From: a phage | Direction: 5' to 3' (one strand) | Sequence record: PZ496581.1 | Length of the DNA stretch: 64,000 nt | Part shown: positions 21,978 through 33,208 of the stretch, piece after piece | Layout of the letters: every line of letters starts with the position of its first letter | Position numbering within the stretch: position 1 is the first letter of the stretch | Notes under the pieces: model-generated | The model's database searches: none | What the model saw: only the letters and a program-made list of their open reading frames with translations | Told to the model about the DNA's origin: nothing | Made by a program: the position numbers and the translations under genes

Positions 21978-21985
21978 TATAAATA
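21978..21985 (+). promoter_or_regulatory. T4 late promoter TATAAATA for gene 34
   Basis: Exact TATAAATA ~30 nt upstream of the gene 34 ATG, with an AAAGGA ribosome-binding site between. Confidence 0.55.
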
Positions 21986-22015
21986 AGTATTATTGAAACA
22001 ATAAAGGAAAAACGA

Positions 22016-25000
22016 ATGGCCGACATCAAACGTAAGTTCAGAGCCGAAGACGGTCTGGACGCCGGTGGCGACAAGATTGTTAACGTAGCATTAGCCGACC
22101 GTACAGTAGGTACTGATGGCGTAAACGTTGACTTCCTGGTACAAGAAAACACCGTTCAAGTATATGATTCTACGCGTGGATATAACAAAGGATTTGTTGT
22201 TCTTTATGACAACCGTTTATATCAAGCAATAAATGATATCGTGTCTCCTTCCGGGGCATTTAACCTTTTACAATGGCGTGCAGTTCGTACCGATGCACAA
22301 TGGATAACTGTCGCTTCTGGGACTTATCAACTTTCTTCAGGTGAATCGATTTCGGTTAACACTGGTGCCGGCAATGATATGGTTTTCACATTGCCAAATA
22401 CTCCGGTTGATGGTGATACTGTTGTTTTGGCTGATATTGGTGGAAGAACCGGGACAGTTAAAGTACAGATTAACGCGTCTGTGCAGAGTATTTTAAACTT
22501 TAGAGGTGAACAAGTTCGTACAGTTTTAATGACGCGCCCACGTTCACAACTATTGTTTGTGTTTAGTAATCGTTTGTGGCAGATGTATATTACCGATTAT
22601 GGTAAAGAATCAATCACTGTTACACCTGCGACACCATATCAAGCACAAGCAAATGATTTTATCGTTCGTCGTTTTACTAGTGCAGCACCAATCAACATTA
22701 CACTTCCACGTAATGCTAATAATGGTGATATAATCCACCTAGTTGATTTAGATAAATTAAACCCACTGTATCATACAATTGTTAAAACATTTGATGATAC
22801 AACGTCTATTGGTGAAGTCGGGACTCATATTGCCGAAGGCAGAAATGACTCTGACGCGTTTTTTGTTTTTGATGCTGCAAATAGTTTATGGCGTATATGG
22901 GAAGGCGACCAGAAATCGCGTCTTCGTATTATCCGTGCGGATTCAAATATTCGTCCAAATGAAGAAGTTCTTATTTTTGGCACAAATAACGCTACAACCG
23001 GAACTATTAATCTTACGCTGCCTTCCGGAATTTTGAGTGGTGACAGTGTTAAAATTTCAATGAACTACATGCGTAAAGGCCAAACAGTAAAAATTAAAGC
23101 TGCCAAAGGTGATACAATTGCTTCTTCTGTTGCATTGCTTCAGTTCCCTAAACGTTCTGAATATCCACCTGATGCTCAATGGGTCTCTGTTACTGAACTA
23201 GAATTCAATGGCACTACTTCATATGTTCCTGTATTAGAATTAGCGTATATCGAAGACACCGTTGCTGGTACACGTTATTGGGTTGTGCAACAGAATGTCC
23301 CTACGGTAGAACGTGTTGATGCTGGAACTGATGCTACACGAGCTCGTTTAGGTGTTATTGCTCTTGCTACTCAAGCGCAAGCAAATGTTGATTTAGAGAA
23401 TACTCCAGCTAAAGAAGTGGCTATTACTCCTGAAACGTTGGCAAATCGTACAGCAACTGAAGCTCGACGTGGTATCGCTAAAATTGCTACAACAGCACAA
23501 GTTAACCAGAATTCCACAGCAGCATTTGTGGACGATACTATTGTTACGCCTAAAAAACTAAATGAGCGTACAGCAACTGAAACTCGTCGCGGTCTTGCTG
23601 AAATTGCTACTCAGACTGAAACCGATGCTGGTCTTGATGACACAACGATTATTACACCTAAGAAATTGCAGGCACGTCAGGGTTCTGAAACACTATCTGG
23701 TATAGTTAAATATGTATCAACTACTTCTGCTACTCCTGCTGAAACTCGTGGGGCTGCAGGCACTAACGTTTATAATAAAACCGTAAATAATTTAACTATT
23801 TCTCCTAAAGCCCTTGACCAATATAAAGCAACTTATGCTCAACAAGGTGCAGTAATTTTAGCTGTTGATAGTGAAGTAATTGCTGGACAATCTCAAGCAG
23901 GTTATTCTCATGCTGTAGTAACTCCTGAAACACTACATAAGAAAACTTCTACTGATGGACGTATTGGTTTAATTGAAATTGCTACGCAAGCAGAAACTAA
24001 TGCTGGGACTGATTATACACGTGCAGTAACGCCTAAGACGTTAAATGATAGGAAAGCTACGGAAGGATTATCCGGCATAGCCGAACTTGCTACGCAAGTT
24101 GAATTTGATACTGGAACTGATGATACTCGTATCTCGACTCCACTGAAAATTAAAACTCATTTTGATTCTTCTGACCGTACCAGTGTTAATTCTGATTCCG
24201 GACTTATTGAAGAAGGAACCTTGTGGAACCATTATACTCTTGATATTTCTAAAGCAAATGAAACACAACGTGGTACACTTCGCGTAGCGACCCAGGCAGA
24301 ATCTAATGCAGGAACTTTAGATGATGTTCTTATTACTCCTAAAAAGCTTTTAGGGACTAAGTCCACTGAAACGTCTGAAGGCGTAATTAAGGTTGCTACT
24401 CAGGCTGAAACTGTAACAGGAACTTCTGCTAATACTGCTGTATCTCCTAAGAATTTAAAATGGATTGTCCAGTCTGAACCAACATGGGCTGCTACTACAG
24501 CAATTCGTGGATTTGTTAAAACTTCATCTGGTTCAATTACATTCGTTGGTAATGATACAGTCGGTTCTACCCAAGATTTAGAACTGTACGAGAAAAATAG
24601 CTATGCGGTATCACCATATGAATTAAATCGCGTATTAGCAAATTATTTGCCATTGAAAGCTAAAGCCGTAGATAGTAATTTATTAGATGGACTAGATTCA
24701 TCTCAGTTCATTCGTAGGGACATTGCACAGACGGTTAATGGTTCACTAACCTTAACCCAACAAACGAATCTGAGTGCCCCTCTTGTATCATCTAGTACTG
24801 CTACGTTTGGTGGTTCAGTTTCGGCAAATAGTACATTAACTATTTCTAACTCTGGAACAGCAACTCGTCTGATTTTTGAAAAGGGACCTCAAACTGGAAC
24901 TAACCCAGCGCAGACGATGACTATCAGAGTTTGGGGAAATCAGTTTGGCGGCGGATCAGATACAACACGTTCTACTGTATTTGAAGTTGGAGATGAAACA

Positions 25001-25891
25001 TCTAATCACTTTTATTCTCAACGTAATAAAGCTGGGAATATAACGTTTAGCGTTAACGGTACTGTGATGCCGATAAATGTTAACGCTTCAGGTTCTTTAA
25101 ATGCGAATGGCGTTGCAACATTTGGTAGTTCAGTTACAGCCAATGGTGAATTCATTAGCAAGTCTGCAAATGCTTTCAGAGCAATTAGTGGTGATTACGG
25201 ATTCCTTATTCGCAATGATGGCACTAATACCTATTTTTTGCTAACCCATCCAGGAGGCCAGACTAGTGGATTTAGTGGATTACGTCCTTTAGCTATTAAT
25301 AATGCATCTGGCCAAGTAACGATTGGTGAAGGCTTAATCATTGCCAAAGGTGCTACTATAAATTCAGATGGTTTAACTGTTAACTCGAGAATTCGTTCTC
25401 AGGGCACTAAAACATCTGATTTATACACCCGCGCACCAACATCTGATACTGTAGGATTCTGGTCAATTGATATTAACGATTCAGCCACTTATAACCAGTT
25501 CCCAGGTTATTTTAAAATGGTTGAAAAAACTAATGAAGTGACTGGGCTTCCATACTTAGAACGTGGCGAAGAAGTTAAATCTCCTGGTACATTGACTCAG
25601 TTTGGTAACACACTTGATTCGCTTTACCAAGATTGGATTACTTATCCAACAACTCTAGAAGCACGTACAACCCGTTGGACACGTACATGGCAGAAAACTA
25701 AAAATTCTTGGTCAAGTTTTGTTCAGGTATTTGATGGCGGAAACCCTCCTCAACCTTCTGATATTGGTGCTTTACCTTCTGATAATGCAACAATCGGAAA
25801 CTTGACAATAAGGGATTTCTTAAGGATTGGTAATGTCCGCATTATTCCAGACCCTGTGAATAAATCTGTTAAATTCGAGTGGATTGAATAA
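22016..25891 (+). CDS. 34: gp34 long tail fibre proximal subunit (1291 aa)
   Basis: N-terminus MADIKRKFRAEDGLDAGGDKIVNVALADRTVGTDGVNVDFLVQENTVQ matches remembered T4 gp34; length matches. Confidence 0.9.
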   Translation: MADIKRKFRAEDGLDAGGDKIVNVALADRTVGTDGVNVDFLVQENTVQVYDSTRGYNKGFVVLYDNRLYQAINDIVSPSGAFNLLQWRAVRTDAQWITVASGTYQLSSGESISVNTGAGNDMVFTLPNTPVDGDTVVLADIGGRTGTVKVQINASVQSILNFRGEQVRTVLMTRPRSQLLFVFSNRLWQMYITDYGKESITVTPATPYQAQANDFIVRRFTSAAPINITLPRNANNGDIIHLVDLDKLNPLYHTIVKTFDDTTSIGEVGTHIAEGRNDSDAFFVFDAANSLWRIWEGDQKSRLRIIRADSNIRPNEEVLIFGTNNATTGTINLTLPSGILSGDSVKISMNYMRKGQTVKIKAAKGDTIASSVALLQFPKRSEYPPDAQWVSVTELEFNGTTSYVPVLELAYIEDTVAGTRYWVVQQNVPTVERVDAGTDATRARLGVIALATQAQANVDLENTPAKEVAITPETLANRTATEARRGIAKIATTAQVNQNSTAAFVDDTIVTPKKLNERTATETRRGLAEIATQTETDAGLDDTTIITPKKLQARQGSETLSGIVKYVSTTSATPAETRGAAGTNVYNKTVNNLTISPKALDQYKATYAQQGAVILAVDSEVIAGQSQAGYSHAVVTPETLHKKTSTDGRIGLIEIATQAETNAGTDYTRAVTPKTLNDRKATEGLSGIAELATQVEFDTGTDDTRISTPLKIKTHFDSSDRTSVNSDSGLIEEGTLWNHYTLDISKANETQRGTLRVATQAESNAGTLDDVLITPKKLLGTKSTETSEGVIKVATQAETVTGTSANTAVSPKNLKWIVQSEPTWAATTAIRGFVKTSSGSITFVGNDTVGSTQDLELYEKNSYAVSPYELNRVLANYLPLKAKAVDSNLLDGLDSSQFIRRDIAQTVNGSLTLTQQTNLSAPLVSSSTATFGGSVSANSTLTISNSGTATRLIFEKGPQTGTNPAQTMTIRVWGNQFGGGSDTTRSTVFEVGDETSNHFYSQRNKAGNITFSVNGTVMPINVNASGSLNANGVATFGSSVTANGEFISKSANAFRAISGDYGFLIRNDGTNTYFLLTHPGGQTSGFSGLRPLAINNASGQVTIGEGLIIAKGATINSDGLTVNSRIRSQGTKTSDLYTRAPTSDTVGFWSIDINDSATYNQFPGYFKMVEKTNEVTGLPYLERGEEVKSPGTLTQFGNTLDSLYQDWITYPTTLEARTTRWTRTWQKTKNSWSSFVQVFDGGNPPQPSDIGALPSDNATIGNLTIRDFLRIGNVRIIPDPVNKSVKFEWIE

Positions 25892-25899
25892 GAGGTATT

Positions 25900-27027
25900 A
25901 TGGAAAAATTTATGGCTAAGTTTGGACAAGGATACGTCCAAACGCCATTTTTATCGGAAAGCAATTCAGTACGATTTAAATTAAGCATAGCGGGCTCTTG
26001 CCCGCTATCAACATCTCCTACTTATATTAAGTTCCAGGATAATCCACTCGGGTCCCAGGTTTTTTCCGTTGGATTAAACGTTCGTGTAATAAATCCTACA
26101 ACAGGTGCAGTAGTTGAATCTAAGTCATATAATTTCTCTACTGAAAATGACGCCACGTCAAGTGCATTTGTTACTTTCATGGACACATATGCTTCAAATT
26201 TTATATTTGCTCTTGTTACTAACGCTAAAACAAACTTTCCACCTGAAGTTCTTGCATGGTTTACTAAAGCTGGGAGTTCTGCTATTCCATTAGCTCAACA
26301 AGTTTTAAATATAGTGGACATTTCTTATTCTGCATTTTATATTTCTGGTAAGAATGCTATAGCACTAGAACATATTAAGTATAGTAATAAGAAAACTTCA
26401 ACCGACTATAGTACACCACTTGATGTTGTGTACGACACGATCGATGATATTGGTGCTACCGGCTTCCCTAGTCGTACGTACGAATCGACAGACACATTTT
26501 TATCTGCTGTTGGAGGTACTAATAATGAAATTAAAAGGATGCCTACAACATCCCTTATTACACCTCTCGCTGGGTATAAATTGAAGCCTGGAGATTTCCT
26601 TTATATGAAATTCCAACTAATGGCCGATGCTGATTTGTTAGCACAAGGGACGACACGACTTTCTATTCGTTTCTTTAAATCTTCTTCCACTTCACCTATT
26701 TCATTTAAGGATACAAACTTTGATGGGGTTGCAGGTGAATGGAAGATATATGAAGACTACATAGAAATTCCTGCTGGTGCTGACGGGTTCACGATTTATT
26801 GTTATCGTACAGCTCCAGTCGGGCAAGGTGGATTAAGAAACGTTATATTCACTGAAGTATCATGTAATGGAAGCGTTTCAAAACCTGCTGAGTTTGGTAT
26901 AAATGGTATTCGTGTAAATTATGTTTCAGAGTCTTTAAGTGCCCCAGACATAATGACATTACCTACTCAATCTTCAACTGATACTGGTAAGGTATTTGGA
27001 CAAGAATTTAAAGAAGCATCAGAATAA
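25900..27027 (+). CDS. 35: gp35 long tail fibre hinge connector (375 aa)
   Basis: Position and length within the 34-35-36-37 cluster. Confidence 0.8.
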   Translation: MEKFMAKFGQGYVQTPFLSESNSVRFKLSIAGSCPLSTSPTYIKFQDNPLGSQVFSVGLNVRVINPTTGAVVESKSYNFSTENDATSSAFVTFMDTYASNFIFALVTNAKTNFPPEVLAWFTKAGSSAIPLAQQVLNIVDISYSAFYISGKNAIALEHIKYSNKKTSTDYSTPLDVVYDTIDDIGATGFPSRTYESTDTFLSAVGGTNNEIKRMPTTSLITPLAGYKLKPGDFLYMKFQLMADADLLAQGTTRLSIRFFKSSSTSPISFKDTNFDGVAGEWKIYEDYIEIPAGADGFTIYCYRTAPVGQGGLRNVIFTEVSCNGSVSKPAEFGINGIRVNYVSESLSAPDIMTLPTQSSTDTGKVFGQEFKEASE

Positions 27028-27032
27028 ATTTA

Positions 27033-27050
27033 GGGAGACTTCGGTCTCCC
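27033..27050 (+). terminator. UUCG-tetraloop hairpin (plus-strand orientation) after gene 35
   Basis: gggagac-ttcg-gtctccc followed by a T-rich tract. Confidence 0.45.
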
Positions 27051-27057
27051 ATTTTTG

Positions 27058-27065
27058 TATAAATA
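27058..27065 (+). promoter_or_regulatory. T4 late promoter TATAAATA for gene 36
   Basis: Exact TATAAATA ~25 nt upstream of the gene 36 ATG, ahead of an AAGGAG ribosome-binding site. Confidence 0.55.
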
Positions 27066-27089
27066 TGGTATACATATAAGGAGACAACT

Positions 27090-27752
27090 ATGGCCGATTT
27101 AAAAGCTGGTAGTACAACTGGCGGTGCTGTTATATGGCATCAAGGTAATTTCCCTTTAATGCCAGCAGGTGATGACGTCCTGTATAAAACGTTTAAACTC
27201 TATTCAGAATATAATAAGCCACAAGCTGCTGATAACGATTTCGTTTCTAAAGCAAATGGTGGTACTTACGCTGCAACTGTTCGATTTAATGGAGGAGTAC
27301 ATGTTCCTACTGTAGGTAGTAGTCAACAGTGTGGTGTTTATCCAGGTAACGGTGATGCAGCTACTTTTGATATGGCAAATATTGACATCGTTTCGTGGAA
27401 TGGTATTGGTTTTAAGTCATCACAAGGTTCAGCAGACCGAACTGTTGTAATTAATGCACGCAATGGTGATATTAGTACAAAAGGCGTTGTGACAGCAGTA
27501 GGTCAAATAAGAAGTAATGCAGTTGCTCCAGTTGCAGCGAATGACCTTACTAGAAAAGATTATGTTGATGGACGAATAAATATTGTTACGGATAACGCAA
27601 ATTCCCGTGTATTGCGTTCTGGCGACACCATGACTGGTACTTTAACAGCACCAAACTTTTTCTCACAGAATCCGGCGTCTGAGGCTAATCATGTTCCTCG
27701 TTTCGACCAGATTGTAATTAAAGATTCTGTTCAAGATTTCGGCTATTATTAA
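27090..27752 (+). CDS. 36: gp36 long tail fibre distal connector (220 aa)
   Basis: Length and position. Confidence 0.8.
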   Translation: MADLKAGSTTGGAVIWHQGNFPLMPAGDDVLYKTFKLYSEYNKPQAADNDFVSKANGGTYAATVRFNGGVHVPTVGSSQQCGVYPGNGDAATFDMANIDIVSWNGIGFKSSQGSADRTVVINARNGDISTKGVVTAVGQIRSNAVAPVAANDLTRKDYVDGRINIVTDNANSRVLRSGDTMTGTLTAPNFFSQNPASEANHVPRFDQIVIKDSVQDFGYY

Positions 27753-27760
27753 GAGGACTT

Positions 27761-30700
27761 ATGGCTACATTAAAACAGATACAATTTAAAAGAAGCAAAG
27801 TGGCAGGAGTTAATCCTACTGCAGCACAATTAGCCGAAGGCGAATTAGCGATAAACTTAAAAGATCGAACTCTTTTTACTAAAGATGACCTCGGTAATAT
27901 TATTAGCCTAGGCTTTGCTAAGGGCGGGGATATTAACGGTAATGTAACTCAAAATGGTGATTATTTACAAAACGGCACATATAATCTTAATGGAAATCAG
28001 TTTGTTTATGCAGGAAAATATATTGAATTTTTACCTAAAATAGCTGGTAATGGCGCTTGGGCAAATCAACACCTAAATAAAGCTCCTATCTTTACAGATT
28101 TAAGTTCAACTACTTCTGTTTCAGAATACCATCCGCTGATTAAACAACGCTATAAAGATGGAACTTTTTCTGCTGGTACATTAGTAAACGAAGGTAGTTT
28201 TAAATTCCATTATATTGATGAAACCGGGACTTCAAAATACTGGACTTTTAATAGAAATGGTAATTTCATCGTAGATTCTGGCAATATTGAAGTTCGTGCC
28301 GGTAATATTTCTGCTTCAGGCAATATAAATTCAGCTACTGGGCGAGTTTCGGCTCCTCGTGTCATTACAAAAAATATTAATTTAAGTACAAAGACTTTTA
28401 TTCCTAATAACGACGCCGGGTATGATTTAGTTTCTTTGCCTACTTGGATTTATAATCCGCCGGCAGATGGTTCTGACCGTAATACAAATGGTCTTAACTA
28501 CATTCGTAAGATGAGAGCTTCAAATACTTCTAGTATTTTCCATGAAATAGTTGATTGCCGTTCAGGAAAGCCACAAGAAATTTCTTGGTGGACAGGTGTA
28601 GGCCCGGAATCTTTCCAATGGGCGTTTGATACCTCCGGTCGTATTACTGCAGGTAAATCGATTTCGGTAGGTCTTCCTGATAATGGTACAAATGGACGTT
28701 ATCCTTTAGATTCTGCGATTTCTATAGGTATTGCAATTGGTGATAACGACACCGGTATTAAATGGGTCCGCGACGGTGTTATTGATTTCATGGCTAACGG
28801 TATTTCATCCGCTACCATTTTGAATAACGGTATTAACAGCACTAAGAAATTGATGGTCGGTTATAGCCGCGATTCTGGTACTACTTGGGATTACCCAAAT
28901 AACAACCAAGCAATGTTTACTGCGCGTACCGATGTTGATGGTAATAATAACGGCGATGGGCAAACTCATATCGGTTATAGCAGCAATGCCAAGATGTATC
29001 ACTATTTCCGTGGTACAGGTCGTATGTCCGTTAGTATGGACGATGGACTTCTTGTTGAGCCTGGCATTTTAGATATTAAAACCGGTTCTAATAGCGTTGC
29101 TATTAGAGCAGACGGAACAATTAACTCCACCCAACGTATTTCAATGCGTACGGGCTTGTTTTTAAATGGTGATGATAATACCAATGCTTTGTCATTTAAA
29201 GCGCCTACAGGTGTTGACGGGACAAAAACCATTAACTGGGATGCAGGTACTCGTAATGGTCAGAATAAAAATACTGTAACCATTAAAGCATGGGGTAACT
29301 CATTTAACGCTGAAAAGGGTAATAGAGAAACTGTATTTGAAGTATCAGATTCACAAGGTTATTATTTTTATGCTCAACGTACCAACCCGGCTTCTGGTGA
29401 AACAGTAGGTCCGGTTAACTTTAAATTTAACGGAACTGTCGAAACAGGCCGTATCATAGGCCTTGGTAATATAAGTGCCTCCGGTACAGGTTCTTTTGGT
29501 GGCAATGTTACTATGTCTAACGGTTTGTTTGTCCAAGGTGGTTCTTCTATTACTGGACAAGTTAAAATTGGTGGAACAGCTGATGCATTAAGAATTTGGA
29601 ATGCTGAATACGGGGCTATTTTCCGTAGTTCTGAAGATAAGCTTTATATTATTCCAACTCCACAGAATGCTGGTGAATCAGGTGGTATTTCTAATTTACG
29701 TCCGTTCTATATTACATTAAGTACCGGTAAAGTTTCTATGGATCATGATGTAGATATCGGCGGCGGTAGATTTAAAGTAGAAGCGGCTGGAACTACGGCT
29801 GGTCAACGCATAACAGTAAATATGGCATCAGATGCTATTAGAATAAATGCTCCAACACAAGAGTCTTCTAACTTCATTCAAGGACGTAAAGCAGATGTTC
29901 CGAAATGGTATTTAGGTATTGGCGATGGCGGCAACGTCGTTCGTATGCACAGCTACACATATTCACATGGTATTGCATTAAACTCTGATTCTGTCGATAT
30001 TACTAAACCATTAAAAGTTGGTAATGCTCAATTCGGTACTGATGGTAATATTACTGGCGGTTCTGGTAATTTTGCTAACTTGAATACCACAATAAATAAC
30101 CTTAAGACGGATATTGTCTCGAGTTACCCAATTGGTGCTCCGATTCCTTGGCCTACTGATACACCTCCTGAAGGTTATGCCATAATGGAAGGTCAAACAT
30201 TTGATGTTGGCTTGTATCCTAAGTTAGCTGCGGTGTATCCTTCCGGCGCTCTGCCTGATATGCGTGGTCAAACTATCAAGGGTAAACCATCTGGGCGTGC
30301 TGTATTAAGTACAGAAGCAGATGGTGTTAAGTCACATAGCCATAGTGCAAGTGCATCAAGCACAGATTTGGGTACTAAAAACACATCAAGTTTTGATTAT
30401 GGTACTAAAACATCTTCAAGCTTTGATTATGGTACTAAGACCAGTAATACCACTGGTGACCATAACCATACAGTAAGCGGTACCACTGACGCAGCAGGTG
30501 ACCACCAGCACTCACAGACCGGTCCAAGGGGTCCTAATAATCAACCAACAGGAATATATCCTAATGGATCTACTCAAATTAGCGGAACCCTGGTTGTTGG
30601 TTTTGGCCTAAGCAACGGTGTTGTGCCTGGTACAAGCCAATATATTGCAAAGTCATCGACAGAAGGTAACCATACACACTCTTGGTCTGGTACTACTAGC

Positions 30701-30883
30701 TCTACGGGTAACCATGCCCATACCGTTGGTATTGGTGCCCATACACATACTGTAGGTATTGGTGCCCACTCTCATTCGGTAGCGATTGGTTCTCATGGTC
30801 ATACAATAACTGTAAATGCCACAGGAAATACAGAAAACACAGTTAAAAACGTTGCTTTTAACTATATCGTTCGTTTAGCATAA
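27761..30883 (+). CDS. 37: gp37 long tail fibre distal subunit with His-rich tip (1040 aa)
   Basis: C-terminal HxH repeats GNHTHSWSG...[34 protein letters not shown] and terminal [11 protein letters not shown] as in T4-type gp37. Confidence 0.9.
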   Translation: MATLKQIQFKRSKVAGVNPTAAQLAEGELAINLKDRTLFTKDDLGNIISLGFAKGGDINGNVTQNGDYLQNGTYNLNGNQFVYAGKYIEFLPKIAGNGAWANQHLNKAPIFTDLSSTTSVSEYHPLIKQRYKDGTFSAGTLVNEGSFKFHYIDETGTSKYWTFNRNGNFIVDSGNIEVRAGNISASGNINSATGRVSAPRVITKNINLSTKTFIPNNDAGYDLVSLPTWIYNPPADGSDRNTNGLNYIRKMRASNTSSIFHEIVDCRSGKPQEISWWTGVGPESFQWAFDTSGRITAGKSISVGLPDNGTNGRYPLDSAISIGIAIGDNDTGIKWVRDGVIDFMANGISSATILNNGINSTKKLMVGYSRDSGTTWDYPNNNQAMFTARTDVDGNNNGDGQTHIGYSSNAKMYHYFRGTGRMSVSMDDGLLVEPGILDIKTGSNSVAIRADGTINSTQRISMRTGLFLNGDDNTNALSFKAPTGVDGTKTINWDAGTRNGQNKNTVTIKAWGNSFNAEKGNRETVFEVSDSQGYYFYAQRTNPASGETVGPVNFKFNGTVETGRIIGLGNISASGTGSFGGNVTMSNGLFVQGGSSITGQVKIGGTADALRIWNAEYGAIFRSSEDKLYIIPTPQNAGESGGISNLRPFYITLSTGKVSMDHDVDIGGGRFKVEAAGTTAGQRITVNMASDAIRINAPTQESSNFIQGRKADVPKWYLGIGDGGNVVRMHSYTYSHGIALNSDSVDITKPLKVGNAQFGTDGNITGGSGNFANLNTTINNLKTDIVSSYPIGAPIPWPTDTPPEGYAIMEGQTFDVGLYPKLAAVYPSGALPDMRGQTIKGKPSGRAVLSTEADGVKSHSHSASASSTDLGTKNTSSFDYGTKTSSSFDYGTKTSNTTGDHNHTVSGTTDAAGDHQHSQTGPRGPNNQPTGIYPNGSTQISGTLVVGFGLSNGVVPGTSQYIAKSSTEGNHTHSWSGTTSSTGNHAHTVGIGAHTHTVGIGAHSHSVAIGSHGHTITVNATGNTENTVKNVAFNYIVRLA

Positions 30884-30889
30884 GGAGAA

Positions 30890-30908
30890 GGGACTTCGGT
30901 CCCTTTTT
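30890..30908 (+). terminator. UUCG-tetraloop hairpin plus T-tract after gene 37
   Basis: ggga-cttcgg-tccc followed by ttttt. Confidence 0.45.
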
Positions 30909-30913
30909 ATAAT

Positions 30914-31465
30914 ATGAAACTCTATCATTATTATTTTGACACTAAAGAATTTTACAAAGAAGAAAATTATAAACCATTAAAAGGCGTAGGATTTCCGGCT
31001 CATTCGACACCAAAAAAACCTTTAGACCCTAAAGAAGGCTATGCTGTTGTATTTGATGAACGTGAACAAGAATGGGTATATGTTGAAGACCATCGTGGAA
31101 AAACAGTATGGACTTATGATAAGCAAAAAATTGTTATTGACACTCCAGGTGCTCTTCAAAATGTTACTACAGAAGAACCTGGCGAATTTGACATTTGGAC
31201 CGACGACGGGTGGAAGGAAGATGAAGCATATAAACGCGTAGTTCAACGTGATAAGAAAATTCATGAACTCTATAAATTATTCAGTGTTTTAAGTTCTCTT
31301 ATTGACGCAGAGGTTGCTAATAGAGAAGAAAAACGAAAATTTAAAGAGCTCAAAAAATTCTTTGCCCTTTTAGAAAAACATGAACATCTTGGCGGCGAAT
31401 TCCCTAAATTCCCTGACCTTGAAAACAAATCTATTGTCAAAGCGATTATAAATATCTTTAAGTAA
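30914..31465 (+). CDS. 38: gp38 tail-fibre assembly chaperone, T4-type (183 aa)
   Basis: MKLYHYYFDTKEFYKEENYKP...FALLEKHEHLGGEFP matches remembered T4 gp38. Confidence 0.85.
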   Translation: MKLYHYYFDTKEFYKEENYKPLKGVGFPAHSTPKKPLDPKEGYAVVFDEREQEWVYVEDHRGKTVWTYDKQKIVIDTPGALQNVTTEEPGEFDIWTDDGWKEDEAYKRVVQRDKKIHELYKLFSVLSSLIDAEVANREEKRKFKELKKFFALLEKHEHLGGEFPKFPDLENKSIVKAIINIFK

Positions 31466-31476
31466 GGAGGTATATT

Positions 31477-32136
31477 ATGGCAACACCAAAAGTGTCATTT
31501 TCGCCTAGTGATATTCTATTTGGGTTGCTAGATCGTATTTTCAAAGATAACGCTACTGGAAAGGTTTTAATGTCCCGAGTAGCGGTAATTATTCTTTTGT
31601 TCCTAATGGCACTAATATGGTACAAAGGAAGTATTTTGCTGGATTATTATGTAAGAGCTAAGTATGATACTTATACTGAAATAATCCAAAAAGAACGAGC
31701 TTTACGTTTTGAATCTGCGGCTCTAGAACAACTGCAAATAGTTCATATCTCATCTGGTGCAGATTTTAGTGCTGTGTATTCTTTCAGACCTAAAAACTTA
31801 AATTATTTTGTCGACCTTATAGCTTATGAAGGCAAACTACCTAGCACAATTTCTGAAAAGTCCCTTGGTGGATTCCCGGTGGATAAAACGGCCAATGAAT
31901 ATATAATTCATTTAAGTGGCCGTCATTTCTCATCTAAATCAGAATTTGCATTTTTGCCTACAAAATCTAAGACTGCCGAACTTTCTTATATGTATAGTTG
32001 TCCATACTTTAATTTGGATAACATCTATGCTGGAACTGTGACGATGTATTGGTATAAGGGGAATAATATACTTGAGGAAGATCGCTTAGCGGCTATATGC
32101 AACCAAGCGGTCCGAATACTAGGAAGGGCTAAATAA
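31477..32136 (+). CDS. t: Holin T (219 aa)
   Basis: MATPKVSFSPSDILFGLLDRIFKDNATGKVL... with a single N-proximal TM segment; ends NQAVRILGRAK as in T4 T. Confidence 0.9.
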   Translation: MATPKVSFSPSDILFGLLDRIFKDNATGKVLMSRVAVIILLFLMALIWYKGSILLDYYVRAKYDTYTEIIQKERALRFESAALEQLQIVHISSGADFSAVYSFRPKNLNYFVDLIAYEGKLPSTISEKSLGGFPVDKTANEYIIHLSGRHFSSKSEFAFLPTKSKTAELSYMYSCPYFNLDNIYAGTVTMYWYKGNNILEEDRLAAICNQAVRILGRAK

Positions 32137-32409
32137 TTAGTTGTTAGAATACATCGCTAAATGACGATAAATATTTTCAAAACCTTCATTGAATTCACTA
32201 ATCAGTGTTTTCTTTTCTTCGGCAGTTAAATTTGTAATTAGTTTTCTAAAAGAATTCTGATTTAGCTGCCGACCATCTTTTTTAATTCCAATCTCATTCA
32301 AGAATCCGATGAAACTTGCTCGGTCTTCAACAATATCTTCCCTAGAGAATTTAATCAAAATAGAAGCAATAGTAATAATTTCACGTACGATTTCAATGTC
32401 TTTATTCAT
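32137..32409 (-). CDS. asiA: AsiA anti-sigma-70 factor (90 aa)
   Basis: MNKDIEIVREIITIASILIKFSREDIVEDRASFIGFLNEIG... near-identical to remembered T4 AsiA. Confidence 0.9.
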   Translation of the reverse strand: MNKDIEIVREIITIASILIKFSREDIVEDRASFIGFLNEIGIKKDGRQLNQNSFRKLITNLTAEEKKTLISEFNEGFENIYRHLAMYSNN

Positions 32410-32455
32410 AACGTTTTATTCATTCCATTTAGTTGATATGGATATAGTACCATTA

Positions 32456-32617
32456 TCAGTGTTGATTGTAAACGGCTTTTTCTACGCTTTTAACGTAATT
32501 GGTATAGTCTTCCTGTTCGTACGAGTGTAAGACCAAGAACAGAACTAATAGTTCATTATAGACTAAAGCCTCACGCTCACGTTCGGCCTCTACTACGTTC
32601 TGAAGATTATGACTCAT
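32456..32617 (-). CDS. Hypothetical small protein (~53 aa; start at MSHNLQN)
   Basis: Track ORF 32456..32671 trimmed to an internal ATG to limit overlap with 32607..32906. Confidence 0.3.
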   Translation of the reverse strand: MSHNLQNVVEAEREREALVYNELLVLFLVLHSYEQEDYTNYVKSVEKAVYNQH

Positions 32618-32906
32618 ATTGTTCCTTATAACTATCAATGTAGTCCTGTATGTCAAAGAATGACATTTCATATTCTAGGACATTAAGAGCCTGTTCTTCG
32701 GTGTAGTCAGAACCAAATACAATAGTGATTTCACCGGGTTTAGAATGACTGAAATCAACACTAAACTCAATTCGAGAACAGACTTCATCTTCCATATCTA
32801 CGATAACACTACGACACACTTCTCGGTTAACCTGATAAAGCTCTGCAAGTTCTTCACATCGAATAACAAGTTCAGTGGCAGGATTTTCTTTTATTTTAGT
32901 AAGCAT
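32607..32906 (-). CDS. Acidic small protein (99 aa); weak positional candidate for an Arn-like anti-restriction protein
   Basis: Strongly acidic (many E/D); next to asiA, where T4 encodes Arn; no sequence match could be verified. Confidence 0.4.
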   Translation of the reverse strand: MLTKIKENPATELVIRCEELAELYQVNREVCRSVIVDMEDEVCSRIEFSVDFSHSKPGEITIVFGSDYTEEQALNVLEYEMSFFDIQDYIDSYKEQYES

Positions 32907-32980
32907 AGTCTTTACCCTTATGTTTTTGTTTGCGTTTAGATTGAAGTTCTGATTTCTTTTTGTCCTTATGGACAGAAGCC

Positions 32981-33208
32981 TTATTGAAATCGTGTTTTGC
33001 TACAAGATTGTTCATAATGATTTATAACCTCATTTAAACATTTATCGGTAAAAGAAAACTTTTTAGCCACAGAACATTCGATAATGTGCTCTTTCAAATC
33101 TTTAGAGTCGGTATATCCCATCTCAGTAATAAAGTGGCGAATTAAAGCTTTATTCTTATCATTAACAGAATTAAAATAATCTGCTTTAGAATCAATTATT
33201 CTCATCAT
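32981..33208 (-). CDS. Hypothetical protein (75 aa)
   Basis: Track ORF. Confidence 0.4.
   Translation of the reverse strand: MMRIIDSKADYFNSVNDKNKALIRHFITEMGYTDSKDLKEHIIECSVAKKFSFTDKCLNEVINHYEQSCSKTRFQ

Noticed and set aside
22779-23036. 85-aa plus-strand ORF in an alternative frame
   Set aside because: Entirely nested inside gene 34 in a different frame
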